Below are positions 47,683 through 61,787 of a stretch of DNA of 64,000 bases, piece after piece. The stretch's first letter is position 1. Every line of letters starts with the position of its first letter. Source of the stretch: Squalus acanthias (taxonomy: Eukaryota). The notes under the pieces were generated by a model. The model was given only the letters and a program-made list of their open reading frames with translations, made no database searches and was not told the origin of the DNA. Position numbers and translations under genes: made by a program. The stretch covers positions 109,866,001 to 109,930,000 of the forward strand of contig CM059431.1 in NCBI GenBank assembly GCA_030390025.1, written 5' to 3'.

Positions 47683-48897
47683 TTGGGATAAATGGTTCAT
47701 TCTCAGACTGGCAATCAGTAACTAGTGGTGTTCCACAGGGGTCAGTGCTGTGTCCCCAACTCTTTACAATCTATATTAACGATTTGGAGGAAGGGACCAA
47801 GTATAACATATCAAAATTTGCAGATGATACTAAGATGGGAGGGAAAGTAGTGAGTGAGGAGGACATAAAAAACCTGCAAGGGGACATAGACAGGCAAGGT
47901 AAGTGGGCAGAGATTTGGCAGATGGAATGCAACACTGGAAAGTGTGAGGTGATGCACTTTGGCAGGAAAAATCCTAGAGCAATTTATTATCTTAATGGCA
48001 AGAAATTGGAGAGTACTGAAGTGCAAAGGGATCTGGGGGTCCTGGTGCACGAAACTCAAAAGGTTAGTATGCAGGTGCAGCAAGTGATTAAGAAGGCAAA
48101 TGGAATGTTGGCTTTCATTGCTAGGGGGATAGAATATAAAAATAGGGAGGTATTGCTTCAGTTGTACAAGGTATTGGTGAGACCGCACCTGGAATACTGC
48201 ATACAGTTTTGGTGTCCTTACTTAAGGAAAGACATCCTTGCTCTCGAGGCAGTGCAAAAAAGGTTCACTTGGTTAATCCCGGGGATGAGGGGGTGGTCAT
48301 ATGAGGAGAGGTTGGGTAGATTGGGACTCTACTCATTAGAGTTCAGAAGAATGAGAGGCGATTTTATTGAAACATATAAGATTGTGAAGGGGTTGGATCG
48401 GGTGGATGCGGGGAGGATGTTCCCGATGACGGGTGAGACTAGAACTAGGGGACATAGTCTTAGAATAAGGGGCTGCTCTTTCAAAACTGAGATGAGGAGG
48501 AACTACTTCACTCAGAGGGTGGTAGGTCCATGGAATATGCTGCCACAAAAAGCTGTAGAAGCTATATCATTAAATAAATTTAAAACAGAAATAGACAGTT
48601 TCCTAGAAGTAAAGGGCATTAAGGGTTACGGGGAGCGGGCAGGAATTTGGACATGAGTCTAGGTTCGGATCGGTCATGGCCCTGTGGGTAGTGGAGCGGG
48701 CCCAGGGACCGTGTAGCCTGATTCTGCTCCTATTTCGTGTGTGCAATTCTGTTAGATGCAGGAGATGGTTCTGTGATAGTAGATAGTAGATTGGCGGTTA
48801 GGATCAGATCAGCCATGATCTTATTGAATGGCGGAGCAGGCTCGAGGGGCCGATTGGCCTACTCCTGCTCCTATTTCTTATGTTCTTATGTTCTTAT
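47683..48897 (+). mobile_element. 5'-truncated CR1 LINE with an open 303-aa RT C-terminus
   Basis: ORF 47745-48656: FTIYINDL, KFADDTK, RDLGVLV, RPHLEYC; ends in (TATGTTCT)n tail. Confidence 0.95.
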
Positions 48898-49782
48898 CTC
48901 AGTTCTTGGTCGAGAGGCCCCGATTTGAACTCTACGTAGATTCCCCACTCTGGTCTGAGTTAAAATTACAGTCGGGTCTCAATGATGTCATTGGGCTGTA
49001 ACAGGCGTATGTAAAGAAGCACCCCATCGGCTCCGGGCCGCGTGTCCTTGCTGCCTGCTCAGGGGAGCAGGTTAAAAATTGCAGGTGTTGCAATCATGGC
49101 GGCTTTCGCACAGGTAAGAGCCAGGGGCGATTTTAATCGCCCGCCCGCCAGGTTTCTGCTGAGCGAGTAGGGTTAAAATCGCCCGCGGAAAGGATGCTGA
49201 TCTGAGATTTCTGAGCATTCGTATTCGAACTCAGCTTGTGGGTTGCTGTCAACTTTCCTGCTTTCAGGCCCTCTACTCAACTTGAAATGTCAGATCTCCT
49301 CAGGGTATAGGGCGGTGATGTGATGCAGCATTTCTTCTAGCACGTGGTTTTTTTTTTTAAGTACCTGTACGTGGGGGGAATAAAAGGGAGAAAGATTTTG
49401 TATTATGCCATTCTTTATTAATACTACACAAAGAGGTTTCCTCTGCTTATTAAGAGACATTACTGCAGCATAGACTGTGCATAATATGTAGAAAATAGGG
49501 AAATAATGAATATAGTCATCTTAGTCCTCCAGTTAGAGTGTAGGACATTTCTCCTCCACTCATCCACGGGTCATACTTCCTACCCTCATCTCTAGACTGG
49601 TGATTTATCTGTCTGCCCTTTGGTTGTTAAGGGTCTGTTTCACCTGTTCTGTTTGTATATAGGTGTCTGTTTATTTATATGGTTCTCTGTTTATGAACAT
49701 AACTAAAGAATCCCTTTGGTTTGAATTGTAACTATTGCACAAAAATGTCTCCACCTGTACTTCCACTATAAGGGTATTGAAA

Positions 49783-50520
49783 GGGGGAAAAATTCGGTTG
49801 ATTTGCACCTCCCATTAGCGCCCTAAGAGGGCGCCAACGGGGTGCAAAGCAACTTGCGCCTGGGCGCGGCGCTGCTAAACCTCCCGTGAAATTCAGCGGG
49901 AGGTGGCGGTAACCGTTAGCGCCCCGCGTCGCTGCGCCTCCAGCGATCATGTCATCGTCGTGCGCAGCGCCCCGGCCGCGATCTTCGGTAGCACCCCCTG
50001 ACTTACCGCCGGACGCTATGTCCAACAGGGTCAAGGGGGCCTACCTGCGGCCGGGGCGGCGCTAATTAAAGGGGAGGTGCTGGGCGTCCATTTTTGTTGC
50101 TGGCCGCCTGCCAGCACCTGCCCCCATTGCTGTCCCCGGCCTCCTCTGCAGCCCCCCCCGCGGGGTGCCGGCTGCGCTCCGTGAGCCTGACACTTCTCGA
50201 GTGCCGGGCTCTTTTGCCGGCACTCCGATCCCTGGTGGCCCAGCTGGGCCCCGGGTGGCGCTGCGCTAGGCCCTTCCCCTTTAAGAAGGGGTGGAAGGCC
50301 TGCAGTACTGTGGCGCGGCGCGGCGTGCCGCAGAGCGTGGTGCTGCTGCACGTAGCGCCGCAATATTCACTCGCAGCACCCCAAGAGGGAGACGGGGCGC
50401 TTCCAGTAGCACCCGCTTCCCTCTTGGGGCGCTACCAGTGAATTTCGGGCACGGGAGTGCTAACTTTTTCGGGGCGCTAAAAGTAGCACCCCAGAGGGGG
50501 TGCGACCCAATTTTGCCCCC
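49783..50520. mobile_element. GC-rich Harbinger-like MITE
   Basis: TIR gggggaaaaattcggttg / cgacccaattttgccccc. Confidence 0.7.
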
Positions 50521-51298
50521 GATTTTCCTGGATTATTTATAGTCAGAACAGCTACTCTGCTGAACGTGGGTAATAAATTCTGTGCTCAAAGGCATGCTGT
50601 TGAGTATACTGCATGCGTAACAAAACTTTATTTGAAATTAAGTTCATTTTCAAATGGATATTAATACTCTGTCAGGTGGTGATGATCTCATCAAATTAAT
50701 AATGCATGATCATCTCCATTGGTAATTTTTTCATCTATGCAAATGTGAACAACTTGAGATTTCTTTTTCAACTGATCATAACAAGATTAATGGTGACTGG
50801 CCAGAGAGGAGCTCTATGTCTCCCGTTTCCAGACTAGCTTCATAGAACATGCTTCGATATGCCTGGCGCGCATGCTGATTACAGTCACTTCTTTTCCTCA
50901 CCCGTATCTGATGACAACACGGCATTTTTTTACTAGACAGATGCAACGCTGGCCCCTTTGCCAATAACTCTGCTGCCAAATTACACTTAGCCAGGGAGAT
51001 GAAATTTGTTCCCCATATGTCCTTTCTAAATATCATACGCTACAAGTTCAAAATTATTTCTAAACTTGTTTCCCTACTGCGCCTCTCCTCCAATCCAGAA
51101 AGAGACAAAGCTAGATAATCAGTTTAAAATGCTTGGAACAACTAGTATTCAATTTCCTTCATCATAGTGTTGTTTTTATGGAAGCAGCTTAGGGTACATT
51201 TTTCTATTCTCTGAATTCCAAGTTGAGTTAACGTAAGCATTAACTTGAAGATTTTGTGTTATAGCACAAAATGTGTGCCTTTTGCTTTAGTAACAATA

Positions 51299-51660
51299 CC
51301 GTGGATGCAGCGTGTTCTATCTACAGGATGCACTGCAGCAAGTTGCCAAGGCTTCTTCGGCAGCACCTCCCAAACCTGCGACCTTCACCACATCGAAGGG
51401 CAACAGCGGCAGGTGCTTGGGAACACCATCATCTCCAAGTTCCCCTCCAAGTCACACACCATTCCCACTTGGACATAGATTGCCGCTCCTTCATCGTGGC
51501 TGGGTCAAAATCCTGGTACTCCCTCCCTAACAGCACTGTGGAAGTACCTTAATCATATGGACTGCAGCAGTTCAAGAAGGCGGCTCCTTCTCAAGAGCAA
51601 CTGGGGATGGACAATAAATGCTGGCCTTCACAGTGATGCCCATATCCCAAGAATGAACAG
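51299..51660 (+). mobile_element. 3' end of CR1/Jockey-group LINE
   Basis: Same family as 58783-60122. Confidence 0.85.
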
Positions 51661-52566
51661 ATTTTTGTTTAAAAGCTGTATGTAGGATAACTGCTGCATG
51701 TACTGGCCATACCTTCCATCAGTTTATCCCTTCAGTAGTTAAAAATACCCGCTGAGATGATGACCTTTTTATTGTTATATAATAATGGGCATATTTTATG
51801 GACATTTATCCATAATATCTAAAAATACTTTTTAAACTGAAAAGCTAGGCTTTTTTTTTTATACGGTAGGAGTTCTGATTTTCCCATGGGTGCTGGTCTT
51901 TGTTTGTCGTTGATCAGCGTCATTATCAATGCAGCAGTGTAAATCACTGTGGGATGTGAGTGTCAATTTAACCTGGGAGTCAGGTCAGCAATCTGATGCC
52001 TGAATGCATTGAAAGCAGGAGACACAAGACCACCTCTCGCAGGTAGTGTCATATTGGTTGGTCTTTACACTGGCTGCAGTATAACTCCAGTCCAATGTGA
52101 AGCACGTGTTTGAAAGTGTCCAGGCAGTCCGTCTGGAAGCTTTTTAAAATTTGGTATGGAAGAGAACAGTAACGCTCTCAACTGCACTCTCATAACTGAA
52201 AAATCAATCCCCGAGGGGTGGAGCTCTGTGCATGTCTGTCACTGCTGGCTGCACACTCTACAGGTACCAGTTTAAAGACCAATATTTGTAGTACAACACT
52301 TTATGATTATTGGGTTGCACTTACTTATTGAATATTTCAATGACTGTGTAGTTACATCCCAGATGTATATTCCCTCACTTCTTGGAACCAGTGGTCAGGA
52401 TTCAGGAAAGGGATGGATCCATGTGAGTGAACTACTGACCATTTACTAATTTTCCCAATTTTTTGGTTTGCGTTATTAGCAACAGGGAAAAAGAGAGAAG
52501 TTGGCCTAATCTTCTCTACTGTTAAAAAAAACCCCCGTCTTCTTCTTGGGTCTCTCCCAATGTTTG

Positions 52567-52662
52567 TAGATCATAGAATCTTACAGCACAGAAGGAGGCC
52601 ATTCGGCTCTTCGTGCCTGTACCGGCTCTTTGAAAGAGCTCTCCAATTAGTCCCATTCCCCC
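52567..52662 (-). mobile_element. CR1 3' tail fragment
   Basis: catagaatcttacagcacagaaggaggccattcggc... Confidence 0.7.
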
Positions 52663-54317
52663 ATCAGTCATTTCAGTCTAGATTCATGTCCTCAGTGGAA
52701 CAGAGCTCCAGCAAGCAGACTAAAGTTTCCTTTGAAGCAAAATGTTTTAGAGAGAGTGAAATAGAATTACCCTAAGCTCGCAGGCAGAACTACAGCCTTC
52801 TATTCTCTAGTGTCGGACAGAGAGAAAAATTATCAGCAGTGCAGAAAAATCACTCAGTGGATGTTTTCATTTACACAGATTCCTATTAAGGGCAAATACA
52901 TTTATTGGGCAGAAGTGGTATTGTCAGCAGAAAAATCAATGATAAGCCCACTACAACCTGCGAAGAAAAACATTGTGGCCACTTTAGACCTGAATTATGT
53001 ATTCTAAATATATTGGGCTCCTCTCTTAGATGTCCTACAATGGGTTTTGCAATAAGTGTTCAGCTATGGGTAGCTCTAACATCCCATTGTAGGCCTATTG
53101 TTATGAACTGATTAAAGGAAACAGTGATTACAATATTTTGTTGCTCAGAAAGGGACCAAGATAAGATGGATTAGAATGCTGTCTTCTACTTCCAGGACCT
53201 TTTTATTCCCTGTTTCTTTTCATTCAAAGTATCACCTGCAGAATATGTTGATATAAAGAATGATCCACTGCAAATACTTAACAAAGATCTCATGCTGTGA
53301 ACAGCTGCGAGTTGTGTCTGAACCATATGTGAAATATTACATCCTGTTATAAAATACAAACACCCAGTCAAATCTATATGCACACATTAATGTGCATCAT
53401 AAGCATTTTTAATGAATTTGCAATCCGATTCTGATTTAGGCAGCATTTGTATAAGCTGTTCCTGTTAAATGTCTGATTATAAGCCACATTTTACTTCATC
53501 TTGACTGATTCCATGCAATAGGATTTCATTGTGTACACATCTGTTAGGAATATATGAAGAGCTCGAATAAGTTGCAGCAAAAGGCAAGGCTGCCATCGTC
53601 AGACTGAATTGAGTAGTTCTGCTTGTAATATGTATTTCTTTGGTATGGCACGATGACAAATGACTTCATACATGCTTCTGACAGACTCAAGAACATTCTG
53701 TACGAGCTTTGCTAAAGCTGAATCTGAACTCTTTCAAACTGATGCAGTACTGACATAGTCTTCTCAATGCAGAACTAGTTGATTGATGAGTGAGTGAGTA
53801 AAACAGTTTTAAAAGAGCAATGTCTGACATTTATAAGATTGTGGGCATTGTTCTACTTTATTAAGGATGTAATATACCTCCAGAATTTATAAAACATATA
53901 GAATTTCCATGAAACACAATGAAAATATATTTGTCACTGTCTCCTCCTGTCGCATGATGCAATGCTGCTGTGAATGTTGACATAATAACAAGTCTCTAAC
54001 ACAGTCTTCGGGCCCAGAGGACTTTCTATACCTTCCTTTCTTCGCGTTTGCAGTTCATGACATTACTTGAACTATGTTATGCGCTGTAGCATTTCGTGCA
54101 AAGTTGTGATGGGGTTTTTTGTGGGTTCTATTCTGACAGGCCAGAAATAAACTACAGCAGATCTTACACAGGCTAACATTGTTACCACACTGTCATTACA
54201 GCACAAAGGGCAAAATGTATCAAACTATCTGCTCATTTGGCTTCTCTTAGTAGTCTTTCCAGAAATGTTACTCATATGCTAAGCATGTGTTTTGATATAA
54301 AAGTAGACAGAAACGAA

Positions 54318-54580
54318 AAATGTGGATTTATATAGCGCCTTATCACATCTCTCAGAAACATTTCACATCACTCCATGTACAATTAATTACTTTGAAGTGC
54401 AGTGACTATTATTAGGAAAACATATTTTATGCACAGCAAGATCCCACAAGCAGCAATGAGGTGAATAACAAGTTCCTTGTTATTTGGGGGAGGGGGGTGG
54501 GGGTGTTGGTTCAGGAAAGATTGCTGGTCAGAACAATTGCTGCTCCTCTACAAATAGTGCCACGGGATCTTTACCGTCCA
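54318..54580 (-). mobile_element. Deu-domain/L2-tailed SINE fragment
   Basis: atttatatagcgcc...tttgaagtgcagtgact...gcacagcaagatcccacaagcagcaatgag...aatagtgccacgggatcttt. Confidence 0.55.
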
Positions 54581-56468
54581 CAATATTTAACAGTTTGAGA
54601 GAGTGAGGAGGAAGTTTAGGAAATAAATCTTTTTGCAGAGTTGTTGGAGCATGAGATGCTTTGCCAGAGGGAGTAGTTGTGTTCGACACCATTGCATCTT
54701 AAAGGGAAATGTAGCTACTCATTTGAAGCCAAGGAAGGTAAAGGTTTATGACAGGAAAGCTTGGGATTGCTCTAGCAAAGAGCAGACACAGACATGATGA
54801 GCTGCGTGGACCATTCTAAGCTGTAAACATCTATGGTTCTGTGGAGCTTTATCTCCATTACTTACTTCCCTGCTTGTGGCGAGTCCTGATGAGAAAACAG
54901 ATGTATGCAAAAATAAATACTGAGGCTTCCTGATCTTTGGCATTTCCAGCACATGAATTAATTTAAAAAAACTCTTATTTCAGCTCAGACATATACAATG
55001 TCCATTCGGTTCTGGGAATATAAGGGAGTTGGGGACTTCCTTCTTCCCTATTTCATTGCAGCACCTGTCTGTCCTTAAATTCTGTTCCAGATCCATTCTT
55101 TTTTCATATATACTGCTCCTCTGATTTGGTCCATTTCGATGAGTCTTCTTCACCTCCTTTCATATTGGTGTTTTTTTTTAAAACCATAGAAAGATCCGTT
55201 TCTGATCTTTGTTTTTTTTAAATTGAAGTAACAGTGGTTGGGATTCTTCTTCTTACTCATGGTGAGTCAGAGGTTAGAGTGTTGTAAAGGTCAGGTGATC
55301 TGATTTCAATGAGAAAACTGTATCTGAGCGGAGGAGTGGGGTGAGGGAGGGGGTACTTGAATGTCAAATCAGAAAAGTAAGATGCATTTTTAGTGTGTTT
55401 TTACTGTCCATAACTGTTCTGTTGTATGAATATGAGATTCAAGCCAATCAGGTGCGAATGTGACGCATATTTTGCACATCAAATATGATGGACACAGGGC
55501 ACAGATTAAATGCAAGACAAATGCTCTGAATAGCATACGCCGAAAACCAGTGGCATAAAATTAAAAATGGAACAATGTTGATGCAGAATTAAGTTATGGA
55601 ACTTTTTCAGGCACACTTTTGGGTGAAAATGTGGAAGTTAAATAAGACTCAGCTGTTAATAAAAGCTTTACATTCAAAATATCTGGATGTTTCAGATCAT
55701 TGTCTTTCATGTACTGAAGCAGAAACTAAAACACAATGTATTCTCCGTATCCCATTATTCGATCTGACAAAGCATTTTACGGTAAGTGTTTACATTGGAA
55801 TACTACATTCGCCCTCAGCAACTTAGCATTAATATTTTACGTCAGAAAATGTAAACAATATACTTACATGATGCTTGCCCAACAACACAGATAACTTCAC
55901 AATTGCATTGATTTTGGCTGACTAGAAGGCATTATTCCAACATAAACTACCAATCAGCTAGATGCCTTGATGTTTCTGAACAGCACAAAGCCCCATAGAA
56001 AGTCACACAATGAGGTTTCTATTTTGTTCTGATTTCTGCTGCTCTGTAATCAGTTGCACATTGAGTGCACCTGGACGTTTTTTATAGAATGCCATATTGA
56101 GTGCACCTGACATGAAAGAGACTGAAAACAGGTCAGGGAAGGGAAGGGGGATACAGGTCAGGGATAAAAAGAAAACACTGACAACAAATTACTCTATTTA
56201 CAAAAAACGTATTGTCATCCTTCAAAATTATATAATAGTTAAAGCATCTTCAATGTGGAAAGATGTAAAATTGCACTTATTTGGGATCAGTGCAGATCCA
56301 CTTCAAACACTGGCAGACTTCTGTCCTGTTTACATGATTTCCAGTTGTTGTTTTGCGTTTTTTTAAACTTTCGTTCCGACAGAAATCCTGACCCTTTAGA
56401 AAGTTTGAAGTGATAATATATGTGAAAATTTAGATGCACCAGAGGTCGTTTACCAATAGGTGAGCCTA

Positions 56469-56685
56469 AAACAACAACTTGTATTTATACAGCGCCTTTA
56501 CTGTAGTAAAACGTCTCACGGCACTTCACAGGAGCGTTATCAGACAACATTTGACACCGAGCCGCATAAGGAGTTATTAGGCCAGGTGACCAAAAGCTTG
56601 GTCAAAGAGGTAAGCTTTAAGGAGTGTCTTAAAGGAGGAGAGAGAGGTCAAGAGGCGGAGAGGTTTAGGGAGGGAACTCCAGAGC
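56469..56685 (-). mobile_element. L2 LINE 3' end
   Basis: Same tail as the other L2 copies. Confidence 0.85.
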
Positions 56686-57869
56686 AAAATAAGACTATGC
56701 TTATTTTCACAAAGCTCATTTCACTGTTAAAATTATCCGTAGAAAATCAAATCTGATGATAGAGTAGGCCTTAGAAATTGACTCAAGCCCAGGTCATGAA
56801 AATACAAGCCGTCGAAGTGTACCATCACAATTTGACAAACAATGGTTATTTTCTGCCACCTAGTGGTGCATTTACATCTAAAGTCAGATCACACAGAGCA
56901 GAGCTCCAAATTCATTTATTAACAGATATGAACTTCTACAAAATAAAAAGAGCAAAATATTCATTTTGGTACAATTGCAGAAGCCATTCTAACTGAGATA
57001 TCTGTAAGCATTTGCCAATGATATTCTACCGCAGCCTCAGTTAATTTATACAAAATAATGATAAATTTTACTTTAACTTCGAATGGGAAACAGATGTGCT
57101 ATTTTTTTTAATTTATTCATTACCTAATTAACATTATTCCAACTGTTTTATCCCAAATATTTCCCTCAATTTGTGCTCATCAGTATTGATGTCTAGGTTT
57201 GTAGCAGTAATTTATGATTGGTGAGTTCTACTGCACTGAGAGCTGCTTAACTTCTTTCAAAGTTGTTCCTCATCTACATGCACCAGATCTCAGTCCCAGC
57301 TCTTTATTTTTCTTAGCTAGCCTTCCCCTATGCTGGTACTATTTGACAGAGCTCTCTGTTGTTAACAAAAGGTCTTCTAAACTCAGACCGAGTTCCGAGT
57401 GATGCTGCCTTCACACAACCTGTACCACCAATCCACCTACCATGCAACCTCTGTGCACAACTTGAGATATAGCTGTACAGATTGTAAACAATTTCATGTG
57501 GGATTGTCCTGTGTGCAACATTATATTTTTGCATTCTCAGCAGATTTTTTATTGGCCAGGGTGGGGGGGGGGGGGTAAAATGCTCTTTGATCATTGTTAC
57601 TGTTGTTACATTATGCACTGTAAATTAATCATAAGGCATAAACATTACCATCCAAGTGGGAAATCAGCATGTAAAACCAATAATTAAGGAGGAGAACCGA
57701 TACAGAAACCCAGTAACAACTTTGCAGCTTTTTTTTTGAGCTGTAAATATGTGTGAAATTTTAAAAAAACATTTAAGTATGATTTCATGTTTCCCCCAGT
57801 TAGAAAGAAGTGACATTGGTGCTAAATATATTCTGCTGCAAATGAAATTGCTGATTTATTATATATATT

Positions 57870-58602
57870 GGGCCGTATTTTCCGATGCGTACGGGCTGTG
57901 TACACACCCGTAGGGACATCGGAAATGCTGGTTTCAGGCATGCGAAGCGCATGCGCTGAAAACCGGCATTTCCGATCTGTCAAGAATGCTCTTGACAGAT
58001 CGGACGCCTGCCCTGGAGAAGGGCCTCTGCGGGGGGAGAGTTCCGCTTTCTACAGAACCTCCGCCCGCTGAAAAACCTTAGAAATCTTATGCCTGGAAAA
58101 GCAAGCGTAAGGCCTGCTTTTACCAGGATAAGAGTTTAAAAAAGTAAAAATTAAAAAAAAAAACTTTTTAAAAAGGTATTTTTATTATTTTTAGCCCGTA
58201 AAAAACTTTAATTATTTTTTTCAAAAAATTTAATTTTTGTTTAAAATATTTAATTTAATGTCATTTTAACTCATTTTAAAAACGTGATGGTTTTTAAAAT
58301 GTATTTAATGTTTTATTAATGTTTTAGTATCTTTTTGGGGTGATCCCCATTCATATATTTGACAGGTCTATCTGTCAAAAGTATGAAGGGAGATTCCCTT
58401 CTTTCATTGGCTCGCCTGGTCCACGTGATCCCAGGGACGCTTGCGAACCGCCTGCGCCCCTGGGATACGTGGGTCCTGCGCATTTCGACTGTGGAGAGGC
58501 CCAGGAGCAGAAGTGTCCGGACCTCGGGAGCCCTCAGGTAAGATTTTTTTCCGATAGGAGGCTTCCGCACGCAGGAAGCCTCCTATTGGAAATTACGGTC
58601 CA
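57870..58602. mobile_element. Harbinger-like MITE
   Basis: TIR gggccgtattttcc / ggaaattacggtcc with a very AT-rich centre. Confidence 0.65.
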
Positions 58603-58782
58603 ATACTTTATTAGCAATGACTCTGGTACATCACGCATCAGTTTACAGATTTATAAACAATGCATGCTCTTTATGATCTACTTACGATTACTAATGTATT
58701 ATGGTATAGCATATTTAAACAGCAACATAATACACATAATGGAAATGGTACTCCAGCCGTTTTGCTGAAATACCTGGCAGAA

Positions 58783-60122
58783 AAGTGCAGGGAGGTGTCG
58801 TTGACAGTGCTATCAAGCGGCACTTACTCCCCAATAACCTGCTCACCGATGCTCAGTTTGGGTTCCACCAGGACCACTCAGCTCCAGACCTCATTACAGC
58901 CTTGGTCCAAACATGGAGCAAAGAGCTGAATTCCAGAGGTGAGGTGAGAGTGACTACCCTTGACATCAAGGCAGCATTTGACCGAGTGTGGCATCAAGGA
59001 GCCCTAGTAAAAATTGAAGTCAATGGGAATTGGGAAAAACTCTCCACTGGCTGGAAAAACTCTCCACTGGCTGGAGTCATACCCAGCACAAAGGAAGATG
59101 GTTGTGGTTGTTAGAGGTCAATCATTCCAGCCCCAGGACATTGCTGCTGGAGTTCCTCAGAGCAGTGTCCTCGGCCCAACCATCTTCAGCTGCTTCATCA
59201 ATGGCCTTCCCTCCATATAGGGTCAGAAGTGGGGATATTCGCTGATGATTGCAGTGTTCAGTTCCATTCGCAACTCCTCAGATAATGCCTCCATGCAAGA
59301 TCTGGACGACATTCAGGCTTGGGCTGATAAGTGGCAAGTAACATTCACGTCACACAAGTGCCATGCAATGACTATCTCCAACAAGAGTCTAACCACCGCC
59401 CCTAGACATTCAACGGCATTACCATTGCCAAATCTCCCACCATCAACATCCTGGGGGTCACCATTGACCAGAAACTTAACTGGACCAGCCACATAAATAC
59501 TGTGGCTACAAGAGCAGGTCAGAGTCTGGGTATTCTGCGGTGAGTGTCTCACCTCCTGACTCCCCCAAAGCCTTTCCACCATCTACAAGGCACAAGTCAG
59601 GAGTGTGATGGAATACTCTCCACTTGCCTGGATGAGTGCAGCTCCAACAACACTCAAGAAGCTCGACACCATCCAGGACAAAGCAGCCCGCTTGATTGGA
59701 TCCCCATCCACCACCTTAAACATTCACTCTCTCCACCACCGGCGTACCGTGGCTGCAGTGTGTACCATCTACAAGATGCAGTGCAGCAACTCACCAAGGC
59801 TTCTTCGACACCACTTCCCAAACCCGCAAACTCTACCACCTAGAAGGACAAGGGCAGCAGGCACATGGGAACAGCATCACCTTCAAGTTCCCCTCCAAGT
59901 AACACACCATCCTGAATTGGAAATATATCGCCGTTCCTTCATCGTTGCTGGATCAAAATCCTGGAACTCCCTACCTAACAGCACTGTGGGAGTACCTCCA
60001 CCTCACGAATGCTGCCGTTCATGAAGGTGGCTCACCAACACCTTCTCAAGGGCAATTAGGGATGGGCAATTAATGATGGCCTTGCCAGTGAAGCCTACAT
60101 CCCAAGAATGAATTAAAAAAAA
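58783..60122 (+). mobile_element. 5'-truncated CR1/Jockey-group (Zenon-like) LINE, decayed RT
   Basis: QFGF, LDIKAAFDRVWH, GVPQ.SVLGP, FADD (59238), EYS.LAW; poly-A tail. A 20-bp tandem duplication at ~59033-59074 causes a frameshift. Confidence 0.92.
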
Positions 60123-61620
60123 GACTTTTCACATGGATAGGATAAGGAATTAAAGACTAAGAGGATGAAAGAACAAGAGATTGCTAGAGCACACCAGGAA
60201 GTGAAAGTAAAGGAAGTAGGCATATTTTGCAGGACTATCTTCATGCTTTTTTTCCAAACTGAATTTTGAAAAGACAATCCATTTTCTGGCATCAAGGAAA
60301 CAGATGCAGATGTAGAAGCAATAAACAATGACTTTCTATAATTTTATGTAGTTAACAATGCTGCCCTTACACAGCTTATAGCACCAAATATACAATATTG
60401 GGTACTTAAAACAAACTAGCAGTTAGCCACAACCAGTATGTGTTAAAAATTACAAACTTTTGAATGAGCTATCAGCATAAGCACTTTTGATTGGATCAGT
60501 CCCTGTGGCACACTCAAGGCTGCTCCAACACTCATCAGGCTGGTCATCAGAAACCTTGAAAGGAAATCCCACTGGTAACATCTCCTCATGGAGGAGATTG
60601 ACAGCTGGTGGATTAATGCAGTTAGCAAGTTGATGAGAAATAAAACAACTTGCATTTATATAGCACCTTTAACATAGAAAAGCATCCCAACTCCAAAAAC
60701 TCTTGGCTGGTAATGCCTAGCAAATTTACATACCATTATGCAATGTTGCGTTCATTTAACTATTTGGGGATGGCAATGGTAACTTCTGCAGGGCAGGCAA
60801 ATATGGTTTTGGATATGAAAGTATAATTGATGAATATACAATTTTAGACTTTGTAGCATAGAAGATATTTTAAAAGATTGCATTTTCATATATTTTTAGT
60901 TAGGCCAAAACACTGCTATCTTTAAAATGGAAGCCCAGGTTGCTATTCTGATAAAGTTTCCTTTGCCCATTGTCTGGAGAACCTGTAGGCCAAGTGAATA
61001 TATAATTCTGTCTGGAGGCGTTCGATGTTAATAGCAGAAATTCTCTCTGGTCTCTGATATTTGATGGCAAGTGATGCCTTGCTGACTGATGCATGTTCTA
61101 CAAATGGGGGGACGGGGACGGGTGGGGCGGGTAGTTATGGAGGGGAGCTATTTTGTTTCTTACATTCCTACACACCCAGGTGACAGTAAGAATTAGTATT
61201 GATTTTCAGGCTATTGAGAAAAGACTTTGGGTTTTCCTCGATGATACTTTTGTGAAAAGACTACTTTTGATCTGAGGTATCAGAGGCCACATGGATCCAG
61301 TATATCTAGTAAAGCATTTTGACTTCTCTTCAGTAAACTTGTTACCAACCATTTAACTCCATTTGCACAGTGGTGGAATGGAACTCAATGGATCTAAGCA
61401 CCCAAGTTACCACTTCGGTTAAGTTTGATTAAGAATTCAAAAGGCTTTTTTTAAAAAAAAATGATGGTGCCAGAAAGCATAGAGAGAGAAGTTACAACAT
61501 GGAAGCAGGCCATTCAGCCGAAGCACCTTCCACAGGAGCAAGTAGTTCTAATTACATTTATCCACCCTGTTTCCATATCCCTTCAACCACCTCTCCAATC
61601 TAATCTTAAATGTTGACATA

Positions 61621-61787
61621 AGGGGAAATTTATACCTAACTTGGTGGGCGTGTTAGAGTCAGCCACCCACTTTAAACCCTGTCTGAGTTAACTCTCCATT
61701 GATCTCAACGGAGAGTAAAATCAGGCAGGGGTGTAAAATGAGCAGCAGACCCAAAACCCACGCAGCGGATAAGGTTAAAATTACCCC
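61621..61787. mobile_element. Short palindromic MITE inserted in a CR1 tail
   Basis: Termini aggggaaattt / aaaattacccc with self-complementary arms. Confidence 0.45.

Noticed and set aside
49732..50542. GC-rich ORFs or CpG-island promoter
   Set aside because: Bounded by MITE terminal inverted repeats; the ORFs are a by-product of GC content.
53180..53770. Coding-like minus-strand stretch, possibly an ancient transposase or exon
   Set aside because: No frame gave an identifiable motif.
55695..55786. Possible host exon (tttcag...ACG|GTAAGT)
   Set aside because: Splice signals look good, but no frame gives a recognisable protein and no partner exons could be linked.
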